From NCBI RefSeq assembly GCF_018977255.1, contig NW_024704742.1:38998001-39062000 (forward strand): 64,000 bases of DNA. The letters are read 5' to 3'. Under the pieces are notes generated by a model, which did not search any database, had not been told where the DNA came from, and saw only the letters and a list, made by a program, of their open reading frames with translations. Origin of the DNA: Callorhinchus milii (Eukaryota). A program made the translations under genes and the position numbers. Below are positions 35,891-49,645 of this stretch, one piece after another. Positions within the stretch are counted from its first letter, which is position 1; the number at the start of each line of letters is the position of its first letter.

Positions 35891-38397
35891 TCGTGCGGTA
35901 ATCAGAATCCTGAGCACACTATGAAATGGAGCAGTATTTCCCTGTGTCTGTTCAACACCATTTTTATTGAGAGCTAATTGCAAAGAAGCAGATTGCAGCT
36001 ATTAATTTCAGCAAGCTTTAAGGGCAAAATTATTGTGCTTATTGACCAGTTTGAATGTGAAAACATCACACTGTGAAAACCTCAGTTTCAGTCACTAAAC
36101 CTATGTGAACTTTCACATCCACTAATGAATGAGCACCATGTGGCTTTCTGCCAGTCACTGAGAAAGCAGCACCTCAGAGTATCTAGTCAGTATTATTTGT
36201 TCACTCTTCAAGCCATATTTTGTAAAACAAAATTCCAAATTTGTTTCCTTTCTATTTGGGCAATGGATATCTGTGTTTTTAAATGGAAAAAATTAATATA
36301 CTGACATCTTCCTCAGAGGCTCAGATATACAAATGTATTATGCTATACAGATGGGTCCTTGTAACCTATTTATGACAGTAGATATGGTACAGTTTTCCAT
36401 TATATTCATGGCAACATATATAAAGGTCCTCACAAGGCAAAGTAATCGCTCCATTGAGTGAGAGATTGAATTACAAGAATGTGGTACCAAGTAATACAGA
36501 TTGGGTTTGATCTTTGGTATGTGCTCAGTTGGATGGTCTCAGGCAGGGTGGCAATAGAGACACGACAATTGGCCTAATTACTTCTATGTCATGGAAGGGA
36601 AATAGAATCAACCTGGACTTCTGCTTCTGATCACTATCCAATGAGTTGAGGTTGAAGAGGAATGCACTGGGAGGGACATTCTGTCTTTAGGACCCCCTTA
36701 AAGATTTACAATCACCTTTGACCCAGTATTCCTTCTCCAGCCTCTTATTAAAAGGGTCCGAAGGCTCCCCTGAGACCTGAGCCTCTCTCTCTGCCTGTCT
36801 CCCTCCAGCATGAAAATAAATTACAAATATTTTGAAAAGTCCTGCAGTGGTGAAATTCAAATGAACCAGAGTTTGAATTTGTGATCCAGCACTGATGAAT
36901 TTGAAGATTTTTTGAAAATAAATAAATACTTGCATTAAAACTTGTGCAGGTGATGGAATTTAAGATTGTGACTCACAGCATATTCAGTTGGGTTTCAGAA
37001 CTGCCATTGTGCAGAAGTTGGGGGAGGAAGAGATTTTAAAACACATTTTAATGATGTTCCTAATTAAGGAACAGAATATGTTTAGGAATGCAATTATTTT
37101 ATCCCCTATAGTGATAACGTGGTGATTTCATTTTTGCTGAGGATGGATAAACATCCCCATTATTTGCAGGGATGCTTTCAGGCTATTTAGGTTGGGTTTA
37201 CGCATGCTTCTTGGTGAGAATAAAAGGTCACTATAAACACTACAGTATTTAGAGTGGCTCCGAAGGTGAGGGCAGCACAGAAAAACTCATCCCACCTCAC
37301 CTCTCCCCCCAGCCAACAGTACAATATGTGCATATTGGAGAGAGATTAAGAAGCAAAACTCTGTTCTGTAGCATTCTAGTCTACTTCAGCCACTACCATT
37401 GACCCCTGCTGTAATGTGCATGCGTGTGGGCTTTGGGTTGAGCACTCACTGTCTTGTCTTGCACATGAAGAAAGCCACTTGTGTGGGATTCGGCAAGGCT
37501 GCCAGTGACTGCGTCAGTGCCTTCAGGAGAGAAGGGGAGACAATTGGAAAGTAATTATTGATCAGTGAAATTTAAGTGAATATGGAGTAAATGTAATATA
37601 ATTTAAAAGGTTATCTGCATTTATACTGGTGGCAAACGATTACTGATATTGGTGCTCTCCACCCTTGGGGTCATGCACCGCATATTAATCTCTGATTGAT
37701 TGATTTTTAAGTGCAGCCCAGAGAAATGGGGAGGAATTATCTGCAATGGTACGCAGCCATAAACTTGTTTAGTTCAGGGCTTTGAGCGTTATATGGGATT
37801 GTTATGGGATAATGACACCGGCTTTTATTCAGTGACAATTAGTTGCACTGAGGGCAGCTGCATGCTGTGGGCTTGTGCCTAATGGGACCTGGATTGATAA
37901 TGTCCAGACATTTTTCACATAAGGACTCCCTCATAGCAATGTGTCAAGAGGAAACCCTAATCCTCTCTCTCCCTGCAGGATTTCAGTCTAGGTCTCAGAA
38001 GGTAAAATGCAGCAGTCTAAAACAGGGTTCCACCTGGTGCTTTACTGAGGTAACTTCATCCAAAAAAATAAGTCCTAAGATATAGAGGAGAATTCCAATA
38101 TTTAGTCAACACACTGCATTATATACCTACCCCAGTTTGGTTTTCACTTGCTTGAAGAAAACTGCCCCATTAATGCAAAAACATATTGTTTAAATGTTTT
38201 CTTGTGTAGTAATTTACTAAATGTTACTGCTGAACTGGACCAATAAAACAAAGGCCCTGTTGGTTTCTTGCTAAACGAATAAATGAATCACCGTTGAGGA
38301 TTGTTTCATTGAGCTGCTGTTGAGATGGAGGAGAAGGAGGAACGATCTTGCAATAGCTGAACTCTATTCTATAATGTTTTGTAATTTTCCTGTGTAG

Positions 38398-38442
38398 GGT
38401 GAACCAGGTCTTCCTGGGCTTCCTGGACTTCCTGGGATAAAG
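38398..38442 (+). CDS. COL25A1: COL2 exon GEPGLPGLPGLPGIK
   Basis: tgtgtag|GGT...AAG|gtaatg, 45 nt. Confidence 0.95.
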
Positions 38443-39797
38443 GTAATGTCTGCTACCAGCCTCTACATTGGGGTGGATGTAGTGTAAGGGTAAGGAAACC
38501 TGTATGGGGAGCCATCATCAGTCTGTTTGGTTTCTGATGTCGAGTACTTTGCTTCTGTTTGTACCTCTTCCCTTCAGTTTTCATTTGACACTTAAAGCTG
38601 TTCTCAATCCCTTTTGTTTGGTCTTACGTGAAAATGACTGAAATGAGATTTTAAAAAAAGTGTGTTTCTTTTGTAGCGCTGTGTAAAACAGAACAAGGGC
38701 TCAAATTTACATTCTTTCACTTTTTTTGTACATGTTCCATAACCATGTCACATTTGCAAAGCAAACTTCACCAAACTAGATGGTTACCATAGTGTTAGGA
38801 ATGTTACAGATCAAATAAATATTTGGTGCATTAAAAGTTTGTTTCTCTTTTAAAGAATTGTTGTTCAGATCTCAGCATTGAGTGAGGGTATCAGGTAACT
38901 CAGTCATAGACAGGTTGCCTATTTTCTTCATTTGATTACAATAGATATTAATTGTATTCTTAGAGACCTGGGTTTCCCATGCACTTTCCCCACATAATCT
39001 GCTTTTGATTCACTATTACAATGCATCTGAGTATTTTTCTATGGAATGAAGATATACCCAATTCGCAATTTGCCCACAAAATTTGTGTTGCTACTGAAGT
39101 TTCTTCTTCATGATTATTTAAAGGAGAAACACCTTTATGAAAAATGTGACTCTTTTAAAGAAGAGGTATGAGAGTTGTGCTTCATGTTTGTCACAATAAC
39201 TACATGAGCAAGCATTGTCAAATTTTGATGCAATGCAATGTTTATCATTATATCATGTTTGTACATAAACAGATACAACCTTTCCATAAAGATATTATCA
39301 TAACGAAGTGACTGTAGCACTGATCAGTAGGCTTGTATAATGTATTAACAGTACCTCAGATTTGAGGAGGGCGAGGAGCAGTTTTAGATTGGTTTCCCAG
39401 TATAATTGTGGGAGAATATTCATTGTTAGCTCAATAGTGAATATGCCAATATGACAGACAGACAGACAAGACAAAATGAGCAAATGATATAGACAAGAAT
39501 CATACCATGGACAACTGCATTGTTTTTGCAGAAGTGTGAAAATATTAAGGATTAGCTGGGAATAGTACATTGTAATAAAAAATATTGCATATGTAGAAAA
39601 AAAAGATTGACTGCACCCTTCCTACCTTTTAATCACTTGTTGAAGCTGACTTAAAACTTCTGTTTCACCACCATTCCATCCTGATGACCAGTTCCCAGCT
39701 CTCTGAATGAGAAAGCCATTATTTGTTTGGTCAGCTATTGTCTTAAATCTTTAATACATGATGATCTAGGCCCACAAACTCTCTACTTTGCTCCATT

Positions 39798-40072
39798 TGG
39801 ATGAGACGTTAAATTGAGGTCCCATCTGCCTGTTCAGGTGAACATTAAAGATCACATGGCATTATTCGAAAAGAGAAGGGAATTACTCCTCGTGTCCTGG
39901 CCAACAATTCCTAAACAAAAATCGATAATTTACTTCATGGCTGTTCGTGGGACAAATTAATGGTCCCATTTGCCCAGAAAAACGTCACTGAACTTCACAA
40001 TACATCCTGTGACGTGCTTTGGAACACCGCATAGCATGAAAGGTTCTATATCAAATGTAAGGATTATTATTT
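39798..40072 (+). mobile_element. DeuSINE copy; older inverted copy at ~40200-40500
   Basis: tttggatgagacgttaaattgaggtcccatctgcctgttcaggtg Deu core and tail. Confidence 0.8.
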
Positions 40073-40754
40073 TGTTGTATCTTCCTGACCTTCATTAGGG
40101 TTCTATGCCAGCCATGTTTGTTGGATCTCCACTCTTCTTCAGTAAAGTGTCTGGATCCATAACCATTTTGACTTCACCTGCTATCTTTATAAGCTTCCCT
40201 ACAGCTGTGCATTTTGCAGGGAAGGTGTGGCCAATGGGAGAATATCAGTGTCCCACAAATAGCCATCAACTGAATCATATTTGGGGGATTTTTGGACAGG
40301 ACATTGGGAGCAACTCCTTTCTCTTATTGGGATCTTTAGCATCCACTTGAATAGACAAACAGAACCCCAATTTAATGTTTCTTCAAAAGATTGTATTGGA
40401 CTGTCAACCTAAACTTCTGACATGGGGTTGAACCCATAATAATAATAATAATTCTTCTCACTCAGTGAAAGGACCGTTACCCACTAGAACCAGGCTGGGC
40501 ACTGCCAATAACTCTCAAATTATCCATCCCAAAGGTTTTGGCGTGGTTTGGAGCTGTGCATTTCTGAACATATTATCCTTGTTTGGCCTTCCATCATAGT
40601 TTCTAGTTTCCTTGTATCTGTCTATGTAGAAGCTCATAGTTCTTCGCAAACTTTTTTTCTATCAATTAAGTAGTTTCCTTCACTGTGCTTTGTCTCCCAT
40701 TTGTTGCTTTCAGTAACCTCTTTGTTATCTAATGTATCCATTGTTTTGCAACTA

Positions 40755-40928
40755 CAGTAAAACTCGCTTAAGTCTGATCTGGATAAATCATATAATCCTC
40801 TAAGTCATACATCTAGCCTAGTCCTATTCAAGAGTTTATATTCTCTGCATGTTTGACATAACTCATAGTTTTCATAGGTCATATTAAATGTATTGTCCTA
40901 ACTGATATGACTTATGTGAGGTTTACTG
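40755..40928. mobile_element. Tc1/mariner (pogo/Tigger-type) MITE
   Basis: TA|CAGTAAAACTCGCTTAAGTC ... GACTTATGTGAGGTTTACTG|TA; TIRs match at 17/20; TA target duplication. Confidence 0.8.
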
Positions 40929-43900
40929 TAATTGTGTTTTAACGGTAATAAACTTCCATCAGATAATATTTTCTAACTGCACTTCTCTCACACCTCGATC
41001 TCCTCCATGTCCTTCAATGAGGATAGTAACAACCCATTTCTTGCAATTGTCAAAGATAGTTTTTTTTCGCATCTTTGGGCCTGTATCAAAATCTGGTTAC
41101 AAAAATGCTGATATTTCCATATTGCGTTTAATTGTTTCTTGTAGGTGTTTTGTCTTGCAAAGCTTCATAAGGGACACCAGTGCTTCTTTCGTGATATCAG
41201 TTCATTTTGGAAATAACTGATTTCTGAATTGCTCTAATTGTATTTTTGGATCATATCTATTCAAATATATCTTTAGGACTTTTGACTCAGTTAAGCTCCA
41301 TTTAAACCATCACATAGAGCCTGATAACTTTGAGTTTGGACACTGACTGCAATTTCCAAATAAACATCTGGTTTTATTCGTATAACACATTTTAAAGACC
41401 TTCTATCAAATTTCAGAACCAAATATTAACATGGAGAGTTTTTCTTTTAATGTTTGCAACACTGCTCTCCATAAATAGCTGTTTAACAGCATAATACTGG
41501 ATATTTATTTTTTCAGAAATATTACTGTGGTCATCACAGTTCGTTATATGAAATATGCATGGAAAGTGGTCTGTCAGTTTTTTAACAGGAGCTGAGTACA
41601 TTTGAACTTCCTCATTCTGTTCGCAGTTAACAAATAGCCTCAGTAATCTATCCAAAAAGGATAACGCAGTTTTAAATGACTCTTGATTTTTCCATTTGAA
41701 ATCTGCTGTGCACAATATGAGTTTGCTGTATCCAAGTTTGCAAATGCTTGTGTTATGTATTATTTCCCCCTGTGACTGCATATGAGTACTTAAGTCATGC
41801 CTATGATTCTGCTTAAGAAAGGTCCAAGACTTTGACTTAGTTGTGGTTGAAATGAAAAAATACTGAACTCCTTTCAATTACTTGTATAAAGATTCCCCCA
41901 CACCTCAGTGCTGAAGTATTGAAAAAGCTTGAGAAAAATATAGGTAAAATGTCTTTGACCCTTTCAAAGAAAGAATATTACTTCTGTGACATTCTATCAC
42001 CACTTCATCTCTGCTCAGAAATCCAGCAACAACAAGATTTCAACAACAAGATTACATTTGTATAGCGCCTTTCACGTCGGGAGGACGTCCCAAGGTGCTG
42101 GAAATCCTGCAATAGAATCCTGCTCAGTATAATTTTTCCAGGTTTAATATTAAAAAGAGATTCAATGTTCTGCAATGTGGCAATACCATTTTCCCATACT
42201 GTAAGCATGAATCAAGCAATTGATTTATTGGTATGAAGTAATATTTGACATTGCTTTTGAGATCAGCACATCCCAATATGGAAGTAGCATCAGGAATTTT
42301 CCCTCTTGTTCATGAGTTACAGTTAATACATTGACTTCTATCAAAGAAATCTGCTTGTGAAGTAAGTGTAGCAAGTTTCATTGACCCATAATATAAATAA
42401 CAAAATTTTTGCATCCAACCAAGCAGTTTATTGTTAGTTTTAAGATCTAAATTATACAAGTTCATAATCACAACCTTACATGGTATAGTTTTCTTCAAAA
42501 TCATCTTTGTTCTTCTACAATATTTCAAAATCTTAGTTCTTTTCAGGCAGAGCCTTTAAGCAGTTAGTTATAGTCAACAAAAAATCATCCAGATAAATCA
42601 AAGCATTATAAACACTTTGATGTTATAGCGATCCTCTCATAGCTCAATTAAAATCAAATTAATTCCGAAAAAGACAGTGATTGAACTGGAATTGAATGAG
42701 TGCAATTGCCAATCGATTGAAGAAATAGTGTGAATAAGATGTATTGCAGTCTTACAGGAGTTATGATGCATCTGAGCAGAAGAGGGCACTAAACTAATAT
42801 ATATAGAAGCTGCATAACTGGTTATGGCATACTGCCAAGGACCTGATCTTTCCTGTGCTCTAACTATTAATATGATACCATTTGCTCATGGATGCTTTGT
42901 GCCTGTATTCAGCTGGAGGTTAAAACCATATTATTTTTTTTCCTCCCCTATTTTGTAAGTGCAGTTGCTAGGAAGTTAGCTTGAATGTGGGAAGCATCTG
43001 AACGTTTTCAAGTTTCAAGCATCCATCCAATTGTTCAGGTTATTTAGGTTTATTGCATGTCTTAAAAACAGGGAACCTGTGTGTAAACAAGGTGCAGTAA
43101 AAAATGATAGGTAGATTTTTTTATAGCAAGAAGCAGTTTTTCAGCTAAAATTAAAAACAAAATGGAACCTTATAGAAATGTAATTGGGGTTAAACATCGT
43201 GGGAATTAAAGCAAGAAATGTAGTCGATAGAAAAATGATTCCTTGTGCATGTGTTCATGAATGCCTGATCTTACACACTAACCACAGTACTGGAAAAATG
43301 GTGATACTAACCTGCAAAAAGTTAATCGAGAGCTTTGGACCAATGTGAGAAAGCTGCTTCCTGACTTCACACCTTTGGTTGTGCATGTGTGTTGATGCAT
43401 TTGTGTACTTTTTTTTGTCAGTCAGGTCTCTGACATATAGAGGTCTGTTATCATGCTTAAGAGTATCTAAACCAGACTGAGAGTTCCACGTATGCTAGTA
43501 AATTTCTTATTGTCTGCAATACAGTGTGCATTTATCCCCGGAGGTTGCACCCTGCTGACCTAAACCTACAGAAAGTATTAGAGCACAGAGCTTGGGGACT
43601 CCAGAGTCTGTGGTGGAGTACTGCGGGAGTTAACAGCTAAAATATATAGTTTGCCATTATGAACACTGTCTGGCAAGCTTCCTGCTGCTTATACAGTTAG
43701 GATCACCCTGCCCCTCCAAGGGACAATGAGCCAGGGCTGACTGAACAGTCATCAATAGTGCCTTGGAGTACTGTGGACTTGCCTGGCTCAGGAACTAGAT
43801 TACTGAGAGTGTCCCTGAGGGTTGACTCAATTCCAGTATTCCATTGCCAAAGATGACACCTTGGAGTTCGCTATGCCTCAAAGAGATCCCGTTTACTTTT

Positions 43901-45696
43901 CCTCTCCTTCCCCCACCCCTCCCCTGAGGATAGTTATGGGTTGGTCATTAGACATGTGACGAATACAATTTGAGCCCTTGCTAGGTGGGTGGCAATTACC
44001 AAGAACTCAGTGCCGCTAGGCATGAGCATCTGTGCACGTATGTCTTGGAAGCTGTGGCAAAACAGCTTTGCTGCTGAAAGTGATGGTGATTTTTTAGGCA
44101 AATAGCACCACCCGCTGCTTATTTCTGCCCAGTTCACCTCTCTTGCCTGTAGTGTTGCTCCAGGCCGCACTGATAGGTTGGATTTTAAACAAAAAATGTT
44201 CAAAATGTTCAAAAAATACACCTGGAAATAACTATGCTGCTCATAGTACATCATCATTGACACTCATCTGAATGACTGATTATACAGAATCATTCGTTTA
44301 CTATTTTTATCTTTCTGATTTTTTAGAACAATAATTGTTTAATAACTTCAATTCTTTAATGGTGTTATTGTTAGTTCAGCAGCAGAAGTTGCATCCAGTT
44401 GCATTTGTTAGTGCCATTAACCCATCAGGTGGCAGGAATCGCTTTGGCTTGTTAGTACATTTCACTGTTGAATGTCAGTAGTCTCTTTGGATTGTTCATG
44501 CCCTCCTATTTGAGTGACAAAACTGACTTATCTCAATGAGCAATCTAAACATGAAGAGTTCATGATGGATTCAGTGATAACATTTCATTTTATTTGAAGA
44601 TTAAACTTACTTTGTGTGTGTTTAGACAATGCTTAGGTACCCATAGACTTGTTCACTTTTTCATATTGTTATAGGTTTGACCAATGTCATTCATATTGTC
44701 TATTGGGTAGATACAATGAATAGAGCAACTGAAATGTTGCACTAGACAACATTCAGAATAGCAACGGCATTAAGATCAGTGAGCAGCGTGCTGGTTGTAC
44801 ACATTATTTACAAGTGTAGCATGTCTGTGCACAAACAGGTTTAAATTTTAAGTTTTTTGTCTCTGATTAAACTCAAATCTCGTTAACGCCTACATTTTTA
44901 GGTTCTGTAATTTCATACTTTAATGTAGCTAAATGCAAGAGACAATCACATCTTTGTTTGGATTGGAGACTAGGTGACGAAATGGATTTGACTGTTTCAA
45001 GGTGTGATGGGATCTGACAGCAGGATGTGGCTGCAGTATGCAGTGATGAACAAGTTTACAAGTTACACTCCGAGGCTGATCTCCCGAGCATTTTATAGTC
45101 AGACTTTCTGCTGCAACAGACACAGTATTTCCTGAACAAACTGTTGACCTCCATGTAAAGTAATCACAGGCTTAGTTTTGTTGCCAGACTGGTTTATTAA
45201 ACATTCCCCTTAATCAGAGTGAATGAATCTGTCACAAATGATAAATACAGTAACTAATATTCTTCCCATGACTTCAAGGTCTTGGAAATAAATAGTCCTA
45301 CTTTTAATTACCTGGATATAGAGCGAACAATTCTAGGCAGTATCATCTGAACTAGTGTGCCACATAATTAAAGCTTCCCACCCCCATCTCAGCCCTCAAC
45401 TACATTATAAATATATTGGACTGAAGATAAATCTTGCTATTGTATCTCAAATCCCTTTTTTAAAAAAAGTCCATGGACTTGACCTAATGTTCTCCCCATT
45501 GGCTCCTAATTCCCAGTCTCCTCTTCCTGGGATGTGGTTCTATGGGTGCTGTTTTCCTAAGGCCACTCGACTGTATAGGATGTCACAATGAACCAGACCT
45601 CTCCTCATCTGTCTCATGCACAACACATGCACTCAGTAACATGCACACACTGCCACTAGAGGGTGCTGATGAGGCAGCAGGAGCAGGCTGGTTTAC

Positions 45697-45838
45697 CAAC
45701 AACAACTTGCATTTGTAAGTGCCCCTCACACAGTGTAGGGTCCCAGAGCGCTTGAACACACCAGCAAACTCAGCACAGACAAGGATTCTAACCAGTGAGC
45801 TCCCGGTCTATAAGCTGCAGCTGTATCCGCTACACCAT
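45697..45838 (-). mobile_element. Minimal SINE: tRNA-like head fused directly to an L2 tail with (GTT)n
   Basis: Reverse complement tggtgtagcgg...ggttagaatcc (A/B-box-like), then agcgctctgggaccctacactgtgtgaggggcac...tgcaagttgttgttg. Confidence 0.5.
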
Positions 45839-46785
45839 CAACAACAACAAAATTACATTTATAGAGCCCTTTCACGTTGGGAGGACATCCCAAAGCGCTG
45901 AACAGTCAGATGTCAGGGCCCGAGCATGAGAGGTGGGGAGACCAAAGGCACGATCGAAGAGAAGGGTCTTGAGACCGGCCTTGAAGGTGGAAAGGGAGGA
46001 AGCGAGGCGACGGGAACATGGGATGGAGCTCCAGAGTGTGGCAGCAGAGAGGCTGAAAGCCCGGCTACCGATGGTAGGGCAGGTCGGGTGGGAGACATGG
46101 AGCAGACCGGAGCCTGCTGAATGGAGGGAGCGGGCAGGCTGGTAGGGAGTCAGCAGTTCAGAGAGGTAGGAGGGGGCAAGGCCATGGATGGCCTTAAAGG
46201 TGAGGACGAGGATCTTGAACTTGATCCTCTGGGGTTGGGGAGCCAGTGGAGTCGGGCGAGGGTGGGAGTGATGGGGTCACGGAGAGTACACAAGCTGCAG
46301 AGTTTTGGATGATCTGCAGCTTGTGAAGGGAAGAGTTGGGAAGGCCGATGAGGAGGGAGTTCTCGTAATCAAGCCTTGAGGCTTGGGTGAGGGTTTTGGC
46401 AGCCTGAGGGGTGAGGCAGTGGTGGAGTCTGGCAAATGTTGCGGAGGTGGTGGTAGGCAGTGCCGGTCATGGTGCGGATGTGGGGAAGAAAGGACAGTTC
46501 AGGGTCAAACAAGACACCCAGATTCCTGACTGGCTTAGTGAGGTTGAGTGTGCAGCCATGGAGGCTGATGCTGCCAATCAGGAGGGCCTCGGTCTTGCTG
46601 ACGTTGAGTTGGAGAAAGTTGGCCCTCATCCAGGACTTTATGTCGGACAGGCAGTCGGTCAGGATGCCAGTAGTCCTGGAGTTGAGGGTGGAGGCAGAGC
46701 AATAGAGTTGGGTGTCATCCGCATACATGTAGAAATTTACCCTATGCCTGCGGATGACGTCACCAAGGGGGAGCATGCCAACCAT
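45838..46785 (-). mobile_element. L2 LINE 3' ~950 bp including the RT YADD motif
   Basis: ORF 46369-46932 MLPLGDVIRRHRVNFYMYADDTQLY...WMRANFLQLNVSKTE...VRNLGVLFDPELSF; (CAA)n tail at 45838. Confidence 0.92.
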
Positions 46786-47934
46786 TGGGGATGACCTAGT
46801 GTATTTTTTTTTAAATAAGAGCCATTTATATAGCAATAGGTTTATCCTTAGTTGAAAGGTCATCATTAACATCAGAGGACATGAAAAAGGCTGAGATTGA
46901 TGTGCAGCTATTGATTTTTCCGTTTGATGCATAACCAGCTGCTGTCATGTTCTCTTTTATTGATATGGACTGTTGGGTGCACACCTTTTTGGAGGGGGGT
47001 GTGGTATGTGGGGGGTGAAGGTCACCAGGGCGTTTGCATTGCTAGCTTAGTATATCTAGAATGATCAAAGAAAATGTCTATTTAAAGATAAATCCAATTC
47101 CTTGTTTTGACAGATCTGACCTGTATATTGTAGTGTAGACACCTCATACCGTGTACAGCCACACAAGCTAGAAATCAAGTGGCTGATGTTCAACTCCACA
47201 CCTTGATAAATTAGGAAAATACTTTCAAAGAACGAAAGCTATTTAGTGCGAAAGGATTTTCCAAGTATTAGAGTAGCAAGTATAATTTCTAATTCACTGC
47301 ATCACCTTAATTGGCAAATATGACATTTCTCTTTAATTTAGCCAATTTGTCTTTGAGACTTTGGTTGGCTCTGGAAGGATCGCTGATGATATTGTTAGAA
47401 ATGTCAACCACAGAGAGTTGAAACAAACTGTTTCCACAGTAAAGGTTCAAAGAGCTGAAAGTCCTTGTTGCCCAGATTGACCAGACTGTGATCCAATAAA
47501 TGGTTCAAAGGAGTCCTTTCCGATCTTCATGTCTTCTGCTTCTAAGGCTGTTTTATTTTTTGCTCTGGAAGTCAAACTGTGTGACCTAGTCGTTATGGGA
47601 ACTGTGTGTTGGTGCTAGACTGGAGGTACCTGAATTCTTCACCCCTCATTTGCTTATGTGCACAACGTTACATCTAGCTTCATGACTGTTTCTCATAGGC
47701 TGAGAGCGCAGCATTCAAGTCCATTTTAAGTCTTGAAGTCTTTTACAACGCAGTCATCTCACAATTTAAGTTGTATACCCTTCATAGTATTATTTAGTGT
47801 CTGTTTTACAGAGCTCTGATGTAACATTCTGCTTTTAACCACACACGACTGCGTAAATGCAACAAGTTAATGGTTGAGATTCTGTGTTAATAGTCTGTAC
47901 TGTACATATTAACTTTCATATTTCTGTATTTTAG

Positions 47935-47997
47935 GGTGAACCAGGCTTTTGGGGTCCACAGGGAGAACCTGGATTACCTGGATTACCTGGCACAAAG
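47935..47997 (+). CDS. COL25A1: COL2 exon GEPGFWGPQGEPGLPGLPGTK
   Basis: ttttag|GGT...AAG|gtgaga, 63 nt. Confidence 0.95.
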
Positions 47998-48254
47998 GTG
48001 AGAGAAACTTTGGTGAATGCAAATTGGTTGCCGTGTTTGCCTACAAAATATAGTCACTACACTTTACAGTAAATTCTGCAATGCCTTTGAGATGCCCTCC
48101 TGACGTGACAGGCACTATACTATTATTTATTTATTATATTTTTGCATGTATAGATGCAAAAATAAAATAAAAAAAATAAAAAAAATAATAATCCTTTTAT
48201 TTTATATAGTTTTTTTGTCGGGAGGATGTGTAAAGTGTTGTGATTGTATATTTA

Positions 48255-48568
48255 TAATATAATAATCGTTGCATTTGATATAGCGGTTTTCACATCTTCT
48301 AGACATCTCAAAGCGCTTCACAGAATATGCTGTAAAGTGAATTGACTGTATATTTGTGGAGAAACGTGGCAGCCAATTGTGCACAGCAGTGTCCCACAAA
48401 CAGTCGTGGATTGAAAATGATCAATTTATTATTGTTTTTTTTGTTTTTGAGGGATTATTATTAGGCGTGTGGATTGTGGAAACTTGCGCAAGCTTTTGCC
48501 CTGCCTGGAATTGAACCCAGGTGTCTCGCTTGCAAGGCGAGTGCTTTAACCACTGAGCTACAGGACTT
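48255..48568 (-). mobile_element. Young tRNA-Ala-headed SINE; inverted tail fragment at 48015-48125
   Basis: Reverse complement of family head and body. Confidence 0.88.
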
Positions 48569-48598
48569 GTGGGTGAAGTCTACAAGTCTAGTTTTATA

Positions 48599-48775
48599 GT
48601 CCATATATTGAACATTGCATGTGTCCATATATTGAACATTGTATGTATCCATACACTGGGCACTGCAGGCATATTTCAGATACTGCATGTGCTTGTTCAT
48701 TGCAAAATGTTGGACATTGCAGATTGGCATTGCATGTGACAATACTTGGATAATACGGGTATCCATACATCAAAT
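48599..48775. repeat. 24 bp tandem repeat gtccatatattgaacattgcatgt, decaying rightwards
   Basis: Two near-perfect units followed by degenerate units. Confidence 0.7.
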
Positions 48776-49576
48776 GCTATAACCATGAATCAGATGCTGT
48801 ACGCATAAATACAGTCTGAGATTGCTATGAATCTAGCTACAATAATGGCTATCATGGTGGAACTGAACTGTTTGAATCCTACATCAACCTTTAGTAGGCA
48901 TATAATCAGACTGCAAAATGAACTTTAAATCATAAGCTGTGTAAAGCCTCTGAATATAACACGAAGAATAAGAATGTCCGTCTGTCTGTCTGTCTAGAGT
49001 AGTATGGAGGGGTGAGGGTCATGTTTTATGGTCAGTTTAATTTACCTGAAAGTGTTTAGCATTGCACCTCCACACTGGCGCTGTAATAGATTCCAAGTGG
49101 CAATGAGCAAGAGTCATCCATTGCCTTAGATTGCAGCCACATCTCATCAAGAAGGCTGACGTTGACATTCAAAGAGAAGACACAAGCTCAATGCTATGGC
49201 AGCTCTTCATTCCGTTCTGTGATCTTTGGTTCGGGAGGGGCTAGGCTCATTTCCAATGATGAAAGAAACAGCACTGTCTTTTGGAGTCTGTCACCCATGT
49301 GAACTGCTACCAAACAAGCTTAACTTGACACAACTTTCAGCTGGAATGATTCAAGGATGGGTGTAAATTTCTAGGTCAGGTTAATTGTCAGATACCAAAA
49401 GCAAGGGCTGTTCCTCGAACTCTTTGTAGTCAGGTTTATCACAGGATCCTGATTTGACTGGGATAGCTCAGTTTAAGTACAGCTATGGACTCATTACATT
49501 TCTTACAGGCACTTTATTTGCCAAATTATGCACTAGAATAACACCCTAATGTCCTGAGCTTTATGCTGTTCCACAG

Positions 49577-49645
49577 GGGGAGAAAGGAGATGGAGGACCC
49601 ACTGGAAGAGGTGAAATTGGTTTACCCGGATTTTCAGGCCCAAAG
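49577..49645 (+). CDS. COL25A1: COL2 exon GEKGDGGPTGRGEIGLPGFSGPK (G-R-G imperfection)
   Basis: ccacag|GGG...AAG|gtcagc, 69 nt. Confidence 0.94.

Noticed and set aside
41413-41877. 154 aa minus-strand ORF and the other long non-repeat ORFs in the track
   Set aside because: No recognisable domain, and lengths are compatible with chance given alternative start codons; ORFs with real motifs are LINE remnants or collagen exons
45666-45700. CTGATGA hammerhead-like word (also near 39680)
   Set aside because: No stem II followed by a properly placed GAAA
48599-48775. Repeat arrays as CRISPR-like structures
   Set aside because: Eukaryotic intron; the units are head-to-tail tandem repeats without unique spacers
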